Below, one piece after another: positions 51,980-60,586 of a stretch of DNA of 64,000 nt (within the stretch, counting starts at the first letter, position 1; every line of letters begins with the position of its first letter). A program made the position numbers and the translations under genes. The DNA comes from a virus, in IMG/VR virus record IMGVR_UViG_3300031951_000034, positions 32,001 through 96,000 of that record; one strand, 5' to 3'. Below the pieces are notes generated by a model, which was not told the origin of the DNA, ran no database searches, and was given only the letters and a program-made list of their open reading frames with translations.

Positions 51980-52831
51980 ATGAATAATCCAACGAAATTA
52001 AATATACTGCCACTCCATACACATACGACATACAGTCTTATGGATGGGGTGTCTGACATAGATCAGTACATAAAATACTGCAAACAAAACAATATTGATG
52101 CATGTAGTTGCACTGACCATGGATATGTACTAGGTCTATACGATCTAATAACAAAAACTAAAGAATCTGGAATTAAGGGTATTCCAGGAATTGAGATTTA
52201 TCTAGCTCCACATTCAGAATATATATATAACCAAAACTTAAAGAAATTTGATTATTTTCATTTGACCCTGTGGGCAGCAAATAAAACTGGATATGATAAT
52301 TTATTATCAATTTCTAATTGCTCATGGGGGCACGGAAGAGTTGTAAAAAAATTTGGTCAACCAAAGCCAAGGGCAATATGGGAAGACCTTGAGTCATATA
52401 GAGATGGTATTATATGTGGAACTGGATGCATCGAGGGGCCAATAGTTAAACCATTCCTAAGAATGGAAAAAGATATGGCCACTTATAATGCGTGTAGACT
52501 GATGGACATATTTGGAGATAAATTGTTTGCAGAAGTTATGCCGCACTCTGTAGATAGAGATTGGACAACTAAAAACATTTACCAAGTTGACAACGAAAAT
52601 GGCATAACCTATACATTCTCTGGATCAGATATAATCGAAACTGAGATTGGTTCCATAACTGTAAAAGAGGCGTTTGAAAAAAAAGTGTCTCAAATCTATT
52701 CAGCAATTACAAACAGACCTCAAGATATGCCGCTTTCAGATAGGATAATAACTATCGAAGATGAATCTATTGACTCAGAAGATGATCAAGGCTGTCAAAA
52801 GATAATGCCAAGAAAAATAGTAATAGATTAA
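51980..52831 (+). CDS. dnaE: DNA polymerase III alpha, N-terminal PHP fragment
   Basis: HTHTTYSLMDG, TDHG, GIEIY, HLTLWA.N.TGY.NL and FAEVMPH. The real start is probably ATG 51980, since the TTG extension runs through ncRNA unit 3. Confidence 0.85.
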   Translation: MNNPTKLNILPLHTHTTYSLMDGVSDIDQYIKYCKQNNIDACSCTDHGYVLGLYDLITKTKESGIKGIPGIEIYLAPHSEYIYNQNLKKFDYFHLTLWAANKTGYDNLLSISNCSWGHGRVVKKFGQPKPRAIWEDLESYRDGIICGTGCIEGPIVKPFLRMEKDMATYNACRLMDIFGDKLFAEVMPHSVDRDWTTKNIYQVDNENGITYTFSGSDIIETEIGSITVKEAFEKKVSQIYSAITNRPQDMPLSDRIITIEDESIDSEDDQGCQKIMPRKIVID

Positions 52832-52856
52832 GCATTGATATAGAATTTATATAAAT

Positions 52857-55616
52857 ATGAGAGTAAAACAATCTACGTGGAGAAACACAAGTTCTCCGAT
52901 ATTTCTGAGAAAAGAATGCACAGAGACTGCACCGACTGGCGACTTCCAGAAATCAGGCAATGAATTAATTATGAAAATAGCAAGAGCTCACAATATTCCA
53001 ATATTGTTAACTCTTGACGCACACTTTGTGAACAAAGATCAAAAAATGGTGCAAGATCTTTTATTGCAAAATGGCAGAGATGAAGATAGTGGACTTAGGT
53101 TTAGCACTAAGTACTATCAAATGAGTTCAAACCAGGCATGGGAAAAGTGGCTATCACTTCATGGAACAAGCTTTTCAAGCCACTTCCAGGAAGGAGTAGA
53201 AAGCAACCACAATCTTGCTGGTTTGTGCGAACAAATATCCCTAGAGAAGAAATATCACTTACCAGAAGTTTCTTTCCCAAGAGAGGTGATAGAAATTTCT
53301 ACCTCCTATGAAGATAAATTAAAAAATTTAATTTATTGCTTGATAGATAGCAATGGAAGAATGAAAAATACGGAAGAATATAGAAATAGATTGGACAAAG
53401 AGATCCAAGTTATTTCTAATAATGGAAAGATAAATCTACTTCCGTATTTTCTATCTCTCTATGAAATCTGTGAACAGGCTAGACAACTAGGAATATGGAT
53501 TGGTGCTGGAAGAGGCAGCGCTGGTGGATGCCTTTTGGCTTACTTACTTAAAATTACTCACATCGACCCAGTTAAATATAACTTATCGTTTGAGAGATTC
53601 TTGTCTTCTGGTCGAATAAACAGAGGAAAGCTTCCCGACATAGACATAGACTTTAGTGAACCAGATAAAATAGCTGAGGCACTAAAATCCAAGTATGGAG
53701 ATAAATTTGTAAGAATTTGCACTACCGGTACAAATAAAGTAAAGAGCGCAATTAGAGACGTAAGCAGGGTGATACTAGACACCAAATTTAATGAGGCCAA
53801 TAAATTGATGGTGGACAAGGTTTGCAAGACCATAAACAATGTTCCACAAGGATTTAGCGATCTCTTAAAATGGCTGCATGGATGGGATGACGAAGAAGGT
53901 CACCACGCTGGAGAATTAGAAATAAATAAATCTCTATATAACTTCTTTGATGAGCATCCCTCCGTTCAATCCTTGGTGGAACAGATTATTGGTATTCCAA
54001 AATCACTTGGTCGTCACGCTAGTGCTTATTGCCTATCTGACGTACCGATTAATGAAATTGTACCAGTATGTAGAATTGGAGAGGAAGAATGCACGCAGTT
54101 TACAATGGAGGCTGTGGAATCGATGGGGTTGATTAAATTTGATCTACTTGGATTAAATACACTTAAAGACATCGGTAACTGCATACGACTGATTAAAGAA
54201 AGACACAACAGAGAAATCGATATATACAACGTTCCAGAAGAACCAATTGTGTTTAAAGAATTCTGCAAAGGTAAAACAGAAACGGTATTCCAATTTAATG
54301 GTCCCGTACCAACCAAGGTGTGCAGACAGATAAAGCCTAGCAGTATAATTGATTTAGCCGCAATTACGGCTGCTTGCAGACCAGGCACAATGTATGCGTT
54401 GATGTATGACGAACAAGAAGACGAAACAACAACACTTATAGATCTATGGGTAAAGAGAAGGCAGGGTAAAAAAGAAGTCTCTTATCTACACGAAGACCTA
54501 AAAGATATACTTTCTAATACACATGGCATTGTTTTGTTCCAAGAGCAAATATCTGCGATGTTTCAAAAATCTTGTCAGTACTCCCCAGAGCAAGCCGACG
54601 AGATTAGAGAGATAATAGGAAAGAAAAAACTCGATAAAATGAACGAGATTCTTCCAGACATTAGGAAGAGGCTCCAAGATAGAGGGTGGGATGCCACGCA
54701 AATATCCGCTTTTGTCAGTTTATGTAGGTCTAGTAGTAATTACGCGTTCAACTTAAGCCATAGCGTTGCTTATTCGTATATGGCATATGTTTGTATGTGG
54801 CTAAAGTCTCATTACCCGCTAGAGTGGTGGACGGCTATTCTTCAAAACTCAAATCACGAAGACCTAGCTCAAAACGCTAAATACTTTTCTGAAATAGTAA
54901 AGTTACCCGATGTAAACATCAGCCAGGTAGATTTCTACATCATAGATGATTCAGATAAAAAAATAGTGTATCCATTGACTATGGTGAAGGGGGTAAAAAA
55001 TGCCTCCCAAGAAGTTTTTGAGAAAGCCCCGTATTCTAGCCTCAAAGACTTTTTTGACAGAGTTGACAAAAAAGTAGTAAATAAGAGAGTTGTTAACGCA
55101 TTGATCTTTGCTGGTGCTTTAGATAAATTGGCCACTGTAAAATCGAAAGATAAGGTTGAGACAAGAAATAACTTAATCCATGAGTATAACATTCTCAGGG
55201 GAGAGAAAACTAGTAAGGTGCTATCTAAAGGCGAAATTGATATTTTAGAGAGCAAGAGCTTATGCATAGGGAGTCCCGACGTTGTTGATTATTTCATTAG
55301 CAAAGGAATGAACTCATGCATAGACATACCAGAGGTAATGCTAACACACGAAGGATATACAGTAAAAACAGCTGGAATAATCCTGGCAGTCAAAAAAATA
55401 AAGACTAAAAAAGGTCAGGACATGTGTTTCATTGACATTGGGAACAAAGAGTTTCAGGTTAGCATTACATGCTTTCCCGAGATGTATGAACAGGTAAAAG
55501 ACAATATCAATATCGACAAAGTAATATTGGTAACAGGTAAAATTAATGTATATAACGACAGAAAATCAATTATAGCCGATTCAGTAAGAGTATACAACAT
55601 AGACGAAATAAACTAA
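52857..55616 (+). CDS. dnaE: DNA polymerase III alpha, main fragment (end of PHP, polymerase, HhH, OB)
   Basis: LDAHF, GRGSAGGCLLAYLL.IT..DP, FERF, PDIDIDF, RHASA, KFDLLGL, YAFNLSH and a C-terminal OB fold. Confidence 0.92.
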   Translation: MRVKQSTWRNTSSPIFLRKECTETAPTGDFQKSGNELIMKIARAHNIPILLTLDAHFVNKDQKMVQDLLLQNGRDEDSGLRFSTKYYQMSSNQAWEKWLSLHGTSFSSHFQEGVESNHNLAGLCEQISLEKKYHLPEVSFPREVIEISTSYEDKLKNLIYCLIDSNGRMKNTEEYRNRLDKEIQVISNNGKINLLPYFLSLYEICEQARQLGIWIGAGRGSAGGCLLAYLLKITHIDPVKYNLSFERFLSSGRINRGKLPDIDIDFSEPDKIAEALKSKYGDKFVRICTTGTNKVKSAIRDVSRVILDTKFNEANKLMVDKVCKTINNVPQGFSDLLKWLHGWDDEEGHHAGELEINKSLYNFFDEHPSVQSLVEQIIGIPKSLGRHASAYCLSDVPINEIVPVCRIGEEECTQFTMEAVESMGLIKFDLLGLNTLKDIGNCIRLIKERHNREIDIYNVPEEPIVFKEFCKGKTETVFQFNGPVPTKVCRQIKPSSIIDLAAITAACRPGTMYALMYDEQEDETTTLIDLWVKRRQGKKEVSYLHEDLKDILSNTHGIVLFQEQISAMFQKSCQYSPEQADEIREIIGKKKLDKMNEILPDIRKRLQDRGWDATQISAFVSLCRSSSNYAFNLSHSVAYSYMAYVCMWLKSHYPLEWWTAILQNSNHEDLAQNAKYFSEIVKLPDVNISQVDFYIIDDSDKKIVYPLTMVKGVKNASQEVFEKAPYSSLKDFFDRVDKKVVNKRVVNALIFAGALDKLATVKSKDKVETRNNLIHEYNILRGEKTSKVLSKGEIDILESKSLCIGSPDVVDYFISKGMNSCIDIPEVMLTHEGYTVKTAGIILAVKKIKTKKGQDMCFIDIGNKEFQVSITCFPEMYEQVKDNINIDKVILVTGKINVYNDRKSIIADSVRVYNIDEIN

Positions 55617-55636
55617 GACAAAAAATAAATAAATTA

Positions 55637-55813
55637 ATGAAATTGCCCCAAAATATAGAAGAAAATATCATTATATATTTAGAGGCTGCGCGATTAGCGT
55701 TAGCCGATGCAGATATATTCGACTACATAGCTGAACAACTTGATATATCAGACGATGAACTTATTGATCTTCGCGATGATCTACAGAAATATCTCGGCTG
55801 TGTAGAGGAATAA
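55637..55813 (+). CDS. small acidic hypothetical protein (58 aa)
   Basis: Read by eye: MKLPQNIEENII...LGCVEE*. Confidence 0.55.
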   Translation: MKLPQNIEENIIIYLEAARLALADADIFDYIAEQLDISDDELIDLRDDLQKYLGCVEE

Positions 55814-55847
55814 TTAGATAAAAACAAACAACAAACACAACAAAAAT

Positions 55848-57098
55848 ATGGCACTAGGAATAAACGAAACAATACAAGGCGAAACAAAAACATCAAAACA
55901 CTTAGTCTACAGAGAGGGAGTAAGAGTTCAATACACCAAAAAAGATAAAAATATAACTGCATGTATTTTACCTGCAATTGCAGATATAAATGACAAAGCT
56001 AGTTATCTTTCATACAGGCAGGAAGATGATCCTCAAATGTTTACAAAATGGGCGGTTGGATTAAAGTTTCATCCATTTGTGAACAGAGATCAAAATATCA
56101 TCAGTCCTACATCGTTCGATCATACCGCTTACGACCCAATTGATGAGTTCATTAGAGTTGCAAAAGCAGATCCAGAATATTGTGAGCTCGCTGGATTTGG
56201 CGCTGACGGAAAAAGAATGCCGAATGCGTATAAAAACCCAGATGTTAGGCTTAGCACTAAATGGTCTGGATATATTGTAAATTCAATCATTCTTTATGAT
56301 CGTGATCAAGATTCTGAAAAATCGATTCTATTGCAAATACCAAACACAGCATTTAGGCGCTCTGGCTCAGCAAAAGATGGAGGTCAGCAATGGGGACTAT
56401 TATCGGAGCTAAACAGAAAAAATAGAAAAGCAGATTCTGGGTCTGCTGATAGTTATTATTGGGGGGATATAACAGACCCCAAAGCTCTGATTCCATGTAG
56501 TCTTAAACTGACACCGAACCCCGCTGGGGGTATAGCCATATACAATATGGTGCCTATTGACGATGAAGATCCAGTCAAAATCTCAAGGACTACCCTTGAA
56601 AGTAGGTATGACCTAGACAATGTTTTATATGAAATCACTGAATCAGAAATGATAGACAGAATGGTTTATTATTTCTCTGATGTGCCCAAGCTTCTAAAGA
56701 GAGCTTATGCATCTAGGGTTCCAAACATTGATAGACTTATTACTAGCGCAAAAGCGGTCAGAGTAACAGTAGAGGATCAAGACGAGGATAATGACACAAT
56801 TGAAGAGTCTTTTGTTGCTTCTAGTAAAAAGAACAATAAAGTTGAGTCAAAATCATCATCAAAATCTATCGAAGATGAAGAGGAAATTGGAAACGAGAAT
56901 ACAAGAAGTTTCGCCCCAGAAGAGGATGATCTTCCAGCTCCTTCCAAAAAATCAAAAAATATAGTAGTTGACGAAGACGAAGATGAAGATATAGATATGT
57001 CAGAAGACAAAGAAATATCAGTGCCCACAAGAAAGGTATCCAAAACTTCTTCGGCTTCAGAGTCCAAAAAAGTAAGCATTAGAGATCTAATGGATTAA
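55848..57098 (+). CDS. putative ssDNA-binding protein (gp32-like position and acidic tail)
   Basis: Located between the polymerase and the recombinase, with a long Asp/Glu-rich C-terminus. No specific motif confirmed. Confidence 0.45.
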   Translation: MALGINETIQGETKTSKHLVYREGVRVQYTKKDKNITACILPAIADINDKASYLSYRQEDDPQMFTKWAVGLKFHPFVNRDQNIISPTSFDHTAYDPIDEFIRVAKADPEYCELAGFGADGKRMPNAYKNPDVRLSTKWSGYIVNSIILYDRDQDSEKSILLQIPNTAFRRSGSAKDGGQQWGLLSELNRKNRKADSGSADSYYWGDITDPKALIPCSLKLTPNPAGGIAIYNMVPIDDEDPVKISRTTLESRYDLDNVLYEITESEMIDRMVYYFSDVPKLLKRAYASRVPNIDRLITSAKAVRVTVEDQDEDNDTIEESFVASSKKNNKVESKSSSKSIEDEEEIGNENTRSFAPEEDDLPAPSKKSKNIVVDEDEDEDIDMSEDKEISVPTRKVSKTSSASESKKVSIRDLMD

Positions 57099-57107
57099 TT
57101 TATAATC

Positions 57108-57141
57108 AAAATACGCCATAGCCCCCACTATGGCGTATTTT
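57108..57141 (+). terminator. rho-independent terminator
   Basis: AAAATACGCCATAG-CCCCCA-CTATGGCGTATTTT. Confidence 0.75.
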
Positions 57142-57183
57142 CTTTAACTTTTACATAATAATAACACAATCAATAATTTAAAT

Positions 57184-58554
57184 ATGCCAAGACCAAAGAA
57201 AATAAAAACAGACGAATTAGCATTAATCAACCCCATTGATCAATATTTTATGGAATCTGCTAGTTCAATTGAAGAGAAATACGGCCTAGACAGGGTTAGC
57301 TCTGCCTTAGAGGAGGACGCAAACCTAAAGTATTTAGAGGTTCCAGATCTAGGACTACAATGGAGCCTTGGAAGAAAGGGATTTGCTTTGGGCAGGGTCA
57401 TGCAAGTAATGGGATCTGAGGGATCTAGTAAAACTAGTTTTGCATTATGGGTTGCCAATATTTGCATGAAGTCTGGGGGGATAGCTGCCATGATCGAGAC
57501 CGAAATGGCTTCTTCCACAAGGCACATGAAAAACTATCTTAGTGATCCAGCGAGATTCAGGATTTTCCACGCAGACACTATTGAAGATGGCCTTAAGATG
57601 ACTATTGACCAATTGAATCTATTTCTTCGCATAGATCCACAAGGAGTAATACCTAAAGTTTTAATTTTTGATAGTATTGCTGGTTCCTCAGAAGCAAGAA
57701 CGCAAAATGATGAAGACAACTTTATTCAAGCAAGGGTAGGTGGTTCGGCAAAGATAATTAAAGACGCCACAAATTTAATTAAATGTAAATTAAAAGAAAC
57801 AAATACTTTATGGATAGTTTTAAATCAGGGCAGAGAGTTAATTCAAACAGCCTTTGGGGGTGGATTAATCCCCGACATTGATAAGATGATCGGTTCAGGA
57901 GGAAAAGCTATTCCCTTCGCGGCAACATATTGGCTTATTTTAAAAAGAAACGCCGCAACAAAAGAAGACGGAGCCACCTCCGGTTTTAAAGTTAAAGGTG
58001 TTTTCAAGAAGAATAAATTAGCACAGCCAGGTAGAATTTTTTACTTTAATGTAAAATGGGGAGAATCTTTTGATTTTATTGAATCCACTACAAATCTTTT
58101 GGCTGCTGCAGTGCCTGCTCTTCCTGAAGGAGCCGACCCAAACGAACCAGTCAAGAAAGGCGGAATACTTGGATTGCAGGCTGCTAAAGGTGGCACATTT
58201 TTCAGCGAAGAGCTAAATATAGATAAAACTGAGGCAATGAAAGCTGAAGATATTTACGAACTAGCTCATAGCGAAGAATACTATAAGAGATGCCAAGAAG
58301 AGCTAGGGGTGCCAACCGAAGACACGGTAGCCACTTTTAACTATGAGGCTGCACTGCAAAATAAACACAAAGCATTTAAAAAGGCAACAAATGAATCAAG
58401 ACTTAGCACTGAACTCTCCCCATCATCAGTATCTTCACCAATCGGATCAGATGACGGGAAGCAACAAAATGATGAAATTGAGGAAAAAGGCAGCGACAAT
58501 GATTTCATCCAAGATGAAGCTGGGGATCCCATCGAAGCTCTTGTCGAGCAGTGA
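57184..58554 (+). CDS. recA: RecA/UvsX-like recombinase
   Basis: GFALGRV.Q..GSEGSSKT, ETE, IFDSIAG, LNQ.R and GGKAI.F.A motifs. Confidence 0.85.
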   Translation: MPRPKKIKTDELALINPIDQYFMESASSIEEKYGLDRVSSALEEDANLKYLEVPDLGLQWSLGRKGFALGRVMQVMGSEGSSKTSFALWVANICMKSGGIAAMIETEMASSTRHMKNYLSDPARFRIFHADTIEDGLKMTIDQLNLFLRIDPQGVIPKVLIFDSIAGSSEARTQNDEDNFIQARVGGSAKIIKDATNLIKCKLKETNTLWIVLNQGRELIQTAFGGGLIPDIDKMIGSGGKAIPFAATYWLILKRNAATKEDGATSGFKVKGVFKKNKLAQPGRIFYFNVKWGESFDFIESTTNLLAAAVPALPEGADPNEPVKKGGILGLQAAKGGTFFSEELNIDKTEAMKAEDIYELAHSEEYYKRCQEELGVPTEDTVATFNYEAALQNKHKAFKKATNESRLSTELSPSSVSSPIGSDDGKQQNDEIEEKGSDNDFIQDEAGDPIEALVEQ

Positions 58555-58579
58555 AGATGCCTTCCTTGAGTTAAACTCG

Positions 58580-58984
58580 ATGCTATTCTCTAATGAGTAT
58601 GTAATAGAAAATTATCAGACACTATACGGAAGATTTAAATTCATATTTGACTGCTCTGACGAAAGATCATTTGAAATAAATAAAATATCAGATATCTTTT
58701 ATAAAAGCTGCAAATCGACACCTGATCATCCTTCTTTTAGAGATTTGTTTTTACATAGAAGCGAAGAGGTGTTAGAAAAATATGTAAGTCATATCTCTAG
58801 TGTATCTCAAATTGCCCTTGTACATATGAACTCTACACACGACTCTTTATACATATGCGTAAGCGATGAATTTAGCGAAAACGTGTTTGTGCCACATATT
58901 AAAATTCCAAGCAGTATTAACGGAGGTAGAGATGGATTGATAATATTTCCATTTAAGAACTTTTTAGATAATTTTAACTCATGA
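58580..58984 (+). CDS. hypothetical protein (start uncertain)
   Basis: ORF between recA and the resolvase, with ATGA coupling to the next gene. Confidence 0.5.
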   Translation: MLFSNEYVIENYQTLYGRFKFIFDCSDERSFEINKISDIFYKSCKSTPDHPSFRDLFLHRSEEVLEKYVSHISSVSQIALVHMNSTHDSLYICVSDEFSENVFVPHIKIPSSINGGRDGLIIFPFKNFLDNFNS

Positions 58985-59469
58985 ATAAAATATGGATAGG
59001 TTGGGATAACGGCATTGGAAATATAAGCGCTGTCTGGGAGGACAAACTTGCAGACTATAGAATAACTCCTGTAAAAAAGTGCTTAAATTACACCAAAAAA
59101 GTTTCATACATAAATAGGCTCGATAGAAATAAGTCCAAGGAATTAATCTTATCCTGGATAGATGGATATATGCCTGTTATTTGTATAGAAAGGCCGATGG
59201 TAAATCCTGGCAGATTTAAGGCCACCGCATCAGGATTAAGAGTTCTTGAAGCACAGGAGTGTCTAATGGAGGATTTATGCTTGCCATATAGATTTATAGA
59301 CTCTAAAGAATGGCAGAAAGTTATGTTACCAGAAAATATTAAAGGACCAGAAACAAAAACTGCTTCTTTGGCTGTAGGTAAGAGACTTTTCCCCCACCTA
59401 TCCGAAAAATTCAAAAATGATGCAGACTCACTTTTAATAGCTGAATACATGAGAAGAAAAAATTTTTAA
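58981..59469 (+). CDS. RuvC-like Holliday junction resolvase
   Basis: IGWDNG, ICIERP and DADSLLIA acidic catalytic pattern. Confidence 0.75.
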   Translation: MNKIWIGWDNGIGNISAVWEDKLADYRITPVKKCLNYTKKVSYINRLDRNKSKELILSWIDGYMPVICIERPMVNPGRFKATASGLRVLEAQECLMEDLCLPYRFIDSKEWQKVMLPENIKGPETKTASLAVGKRLFPHLSEKFKNDADSLLIAEYMRRKNF

Positions 59470-59472
59470 TTT

Positions 59473-60389
59473 ATGAAAGATGTAAACTTATTAAATAACT
59501 TTTCGGAATCAGAAAAAATTCCCAATTTTTTAATGTGCATAGACGAGAATGACACAGAGTATGTTTTGCATTCTGGGGCTTATCCCTGTCTAGTTAGAAT
59601 AAATGGAATAGCCACTGACGAAGAAGACGATGAAGAAGACGATGATGATTACGGTGGATTAGAAGTAATCGATAAATACAAAAATCAACAATCTAAAGAC
59701 TCATTTGTTTTTGACGTAGAAGTTTTTAAAATTACTGAACTTGGGCTAAAGCCAATGGGGAGGGAAAGATCTTTAAAATCCGTAAAAGATTTAATAGGAA
59801 GATCCATCGATTATTATATTGCACAACAAGAGCAAGAAGATTAATATATAAAAATATGGCTAAAAAGAAAAACAAACCACAAGATGAATTAGAAGTAGAC
59901 TCGGTAGAGTCTACCTCTACAGAAGATACAAGCGCAACTGACACTGTACAGGAAAGCTCAGAAACCCCTGTTGTAGTTGAGGCACAGCAAGAGCCATCGT
60001 TACAACCAGAAGAAACAAAAGAAGAAGTTAAGGTTCAAGAGGATGTCCCAAAAATTAAAGAGGCGTCTACTGAAAACAAAACAGTGGAATCTGATTTCTC
60101 TACTCTTGAGTCTATCGCTAAATTTGTTACAAAAACTGATCCAACATTTGCTACCAGTTTCTTTAGCTTAAATAGGGGGTCGGAATCCCTTTTGATTAAA
60201 CAAGCTGGTGGAGTTTATTGTTTCTGTCGTGTGGTGCCAAGAAGCAGAAATCAAAACGGTCAAATATGGGAGGCAGAATTTTTAACCAATGTTCCTGCTC
60301 AGGTTCACACAAAATTGGTAAAAATCTTGAAGGATGCTGGAGTGCCTGACTCAAAGAGACAGTTCTTTAATCCATCTGGCCACCTGTAA
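59473..60389 (+). CDS. two acidic hypothetical ORFs (59473-59844, 59856-60389)
   Basis: Consecutive ORFs ending at a terminator. Confidence 0.55.
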
Positions 60390-60418
60390 TAGTTTAGATA
60401 CTATAAAGGTTATTTTAA

Positions 60419-60446
60419 AAGGGGCACGTTGAGTGCCCCTTTTGCT
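60419..60446 (+). terminator. rho-independent terminator
   Basis: AAGGGGCAC-GTTGA-GTGCCCCTT followed by T-rich sequence. The stem resembles the 36026 terminator. Confidence 0.7.
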
Positions 60447-60491
60447 TTTAGATGGGTATCAAATTATTGGCTATAATGAGCCATAATAATA

Positions 60492-60563
60492 TGTAAGTAA
60501 TTTACTTACATTTGTTAACAACCAACATTGCTGGTTGTTAATGAATCTGTTAACAACCAACAT
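60492..60563. repeat. cluster of palindromes and a 16-nt direct repeat upstream of ORF 60587
   Basis: TGTAAGTAA-T-TTACTTACA palindrome. TGTTAACAACCAACAT at 60513 and 60548 flanks an inverted copy TGGTTGTTAA at 60532. Confidence 0.8.
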
Positions 60564-60586
60564 ACAACAATAAATAAAAAAATAAA

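Noticed and set aside
52826-52860. T4 gene 60-like ribosomal bypass or a single frameshift joining the dnaE halves
   Set aside because: There is no matching GAT landing codon in the downstream frame and no take-off hairpin. Multiple stops block a single shift.
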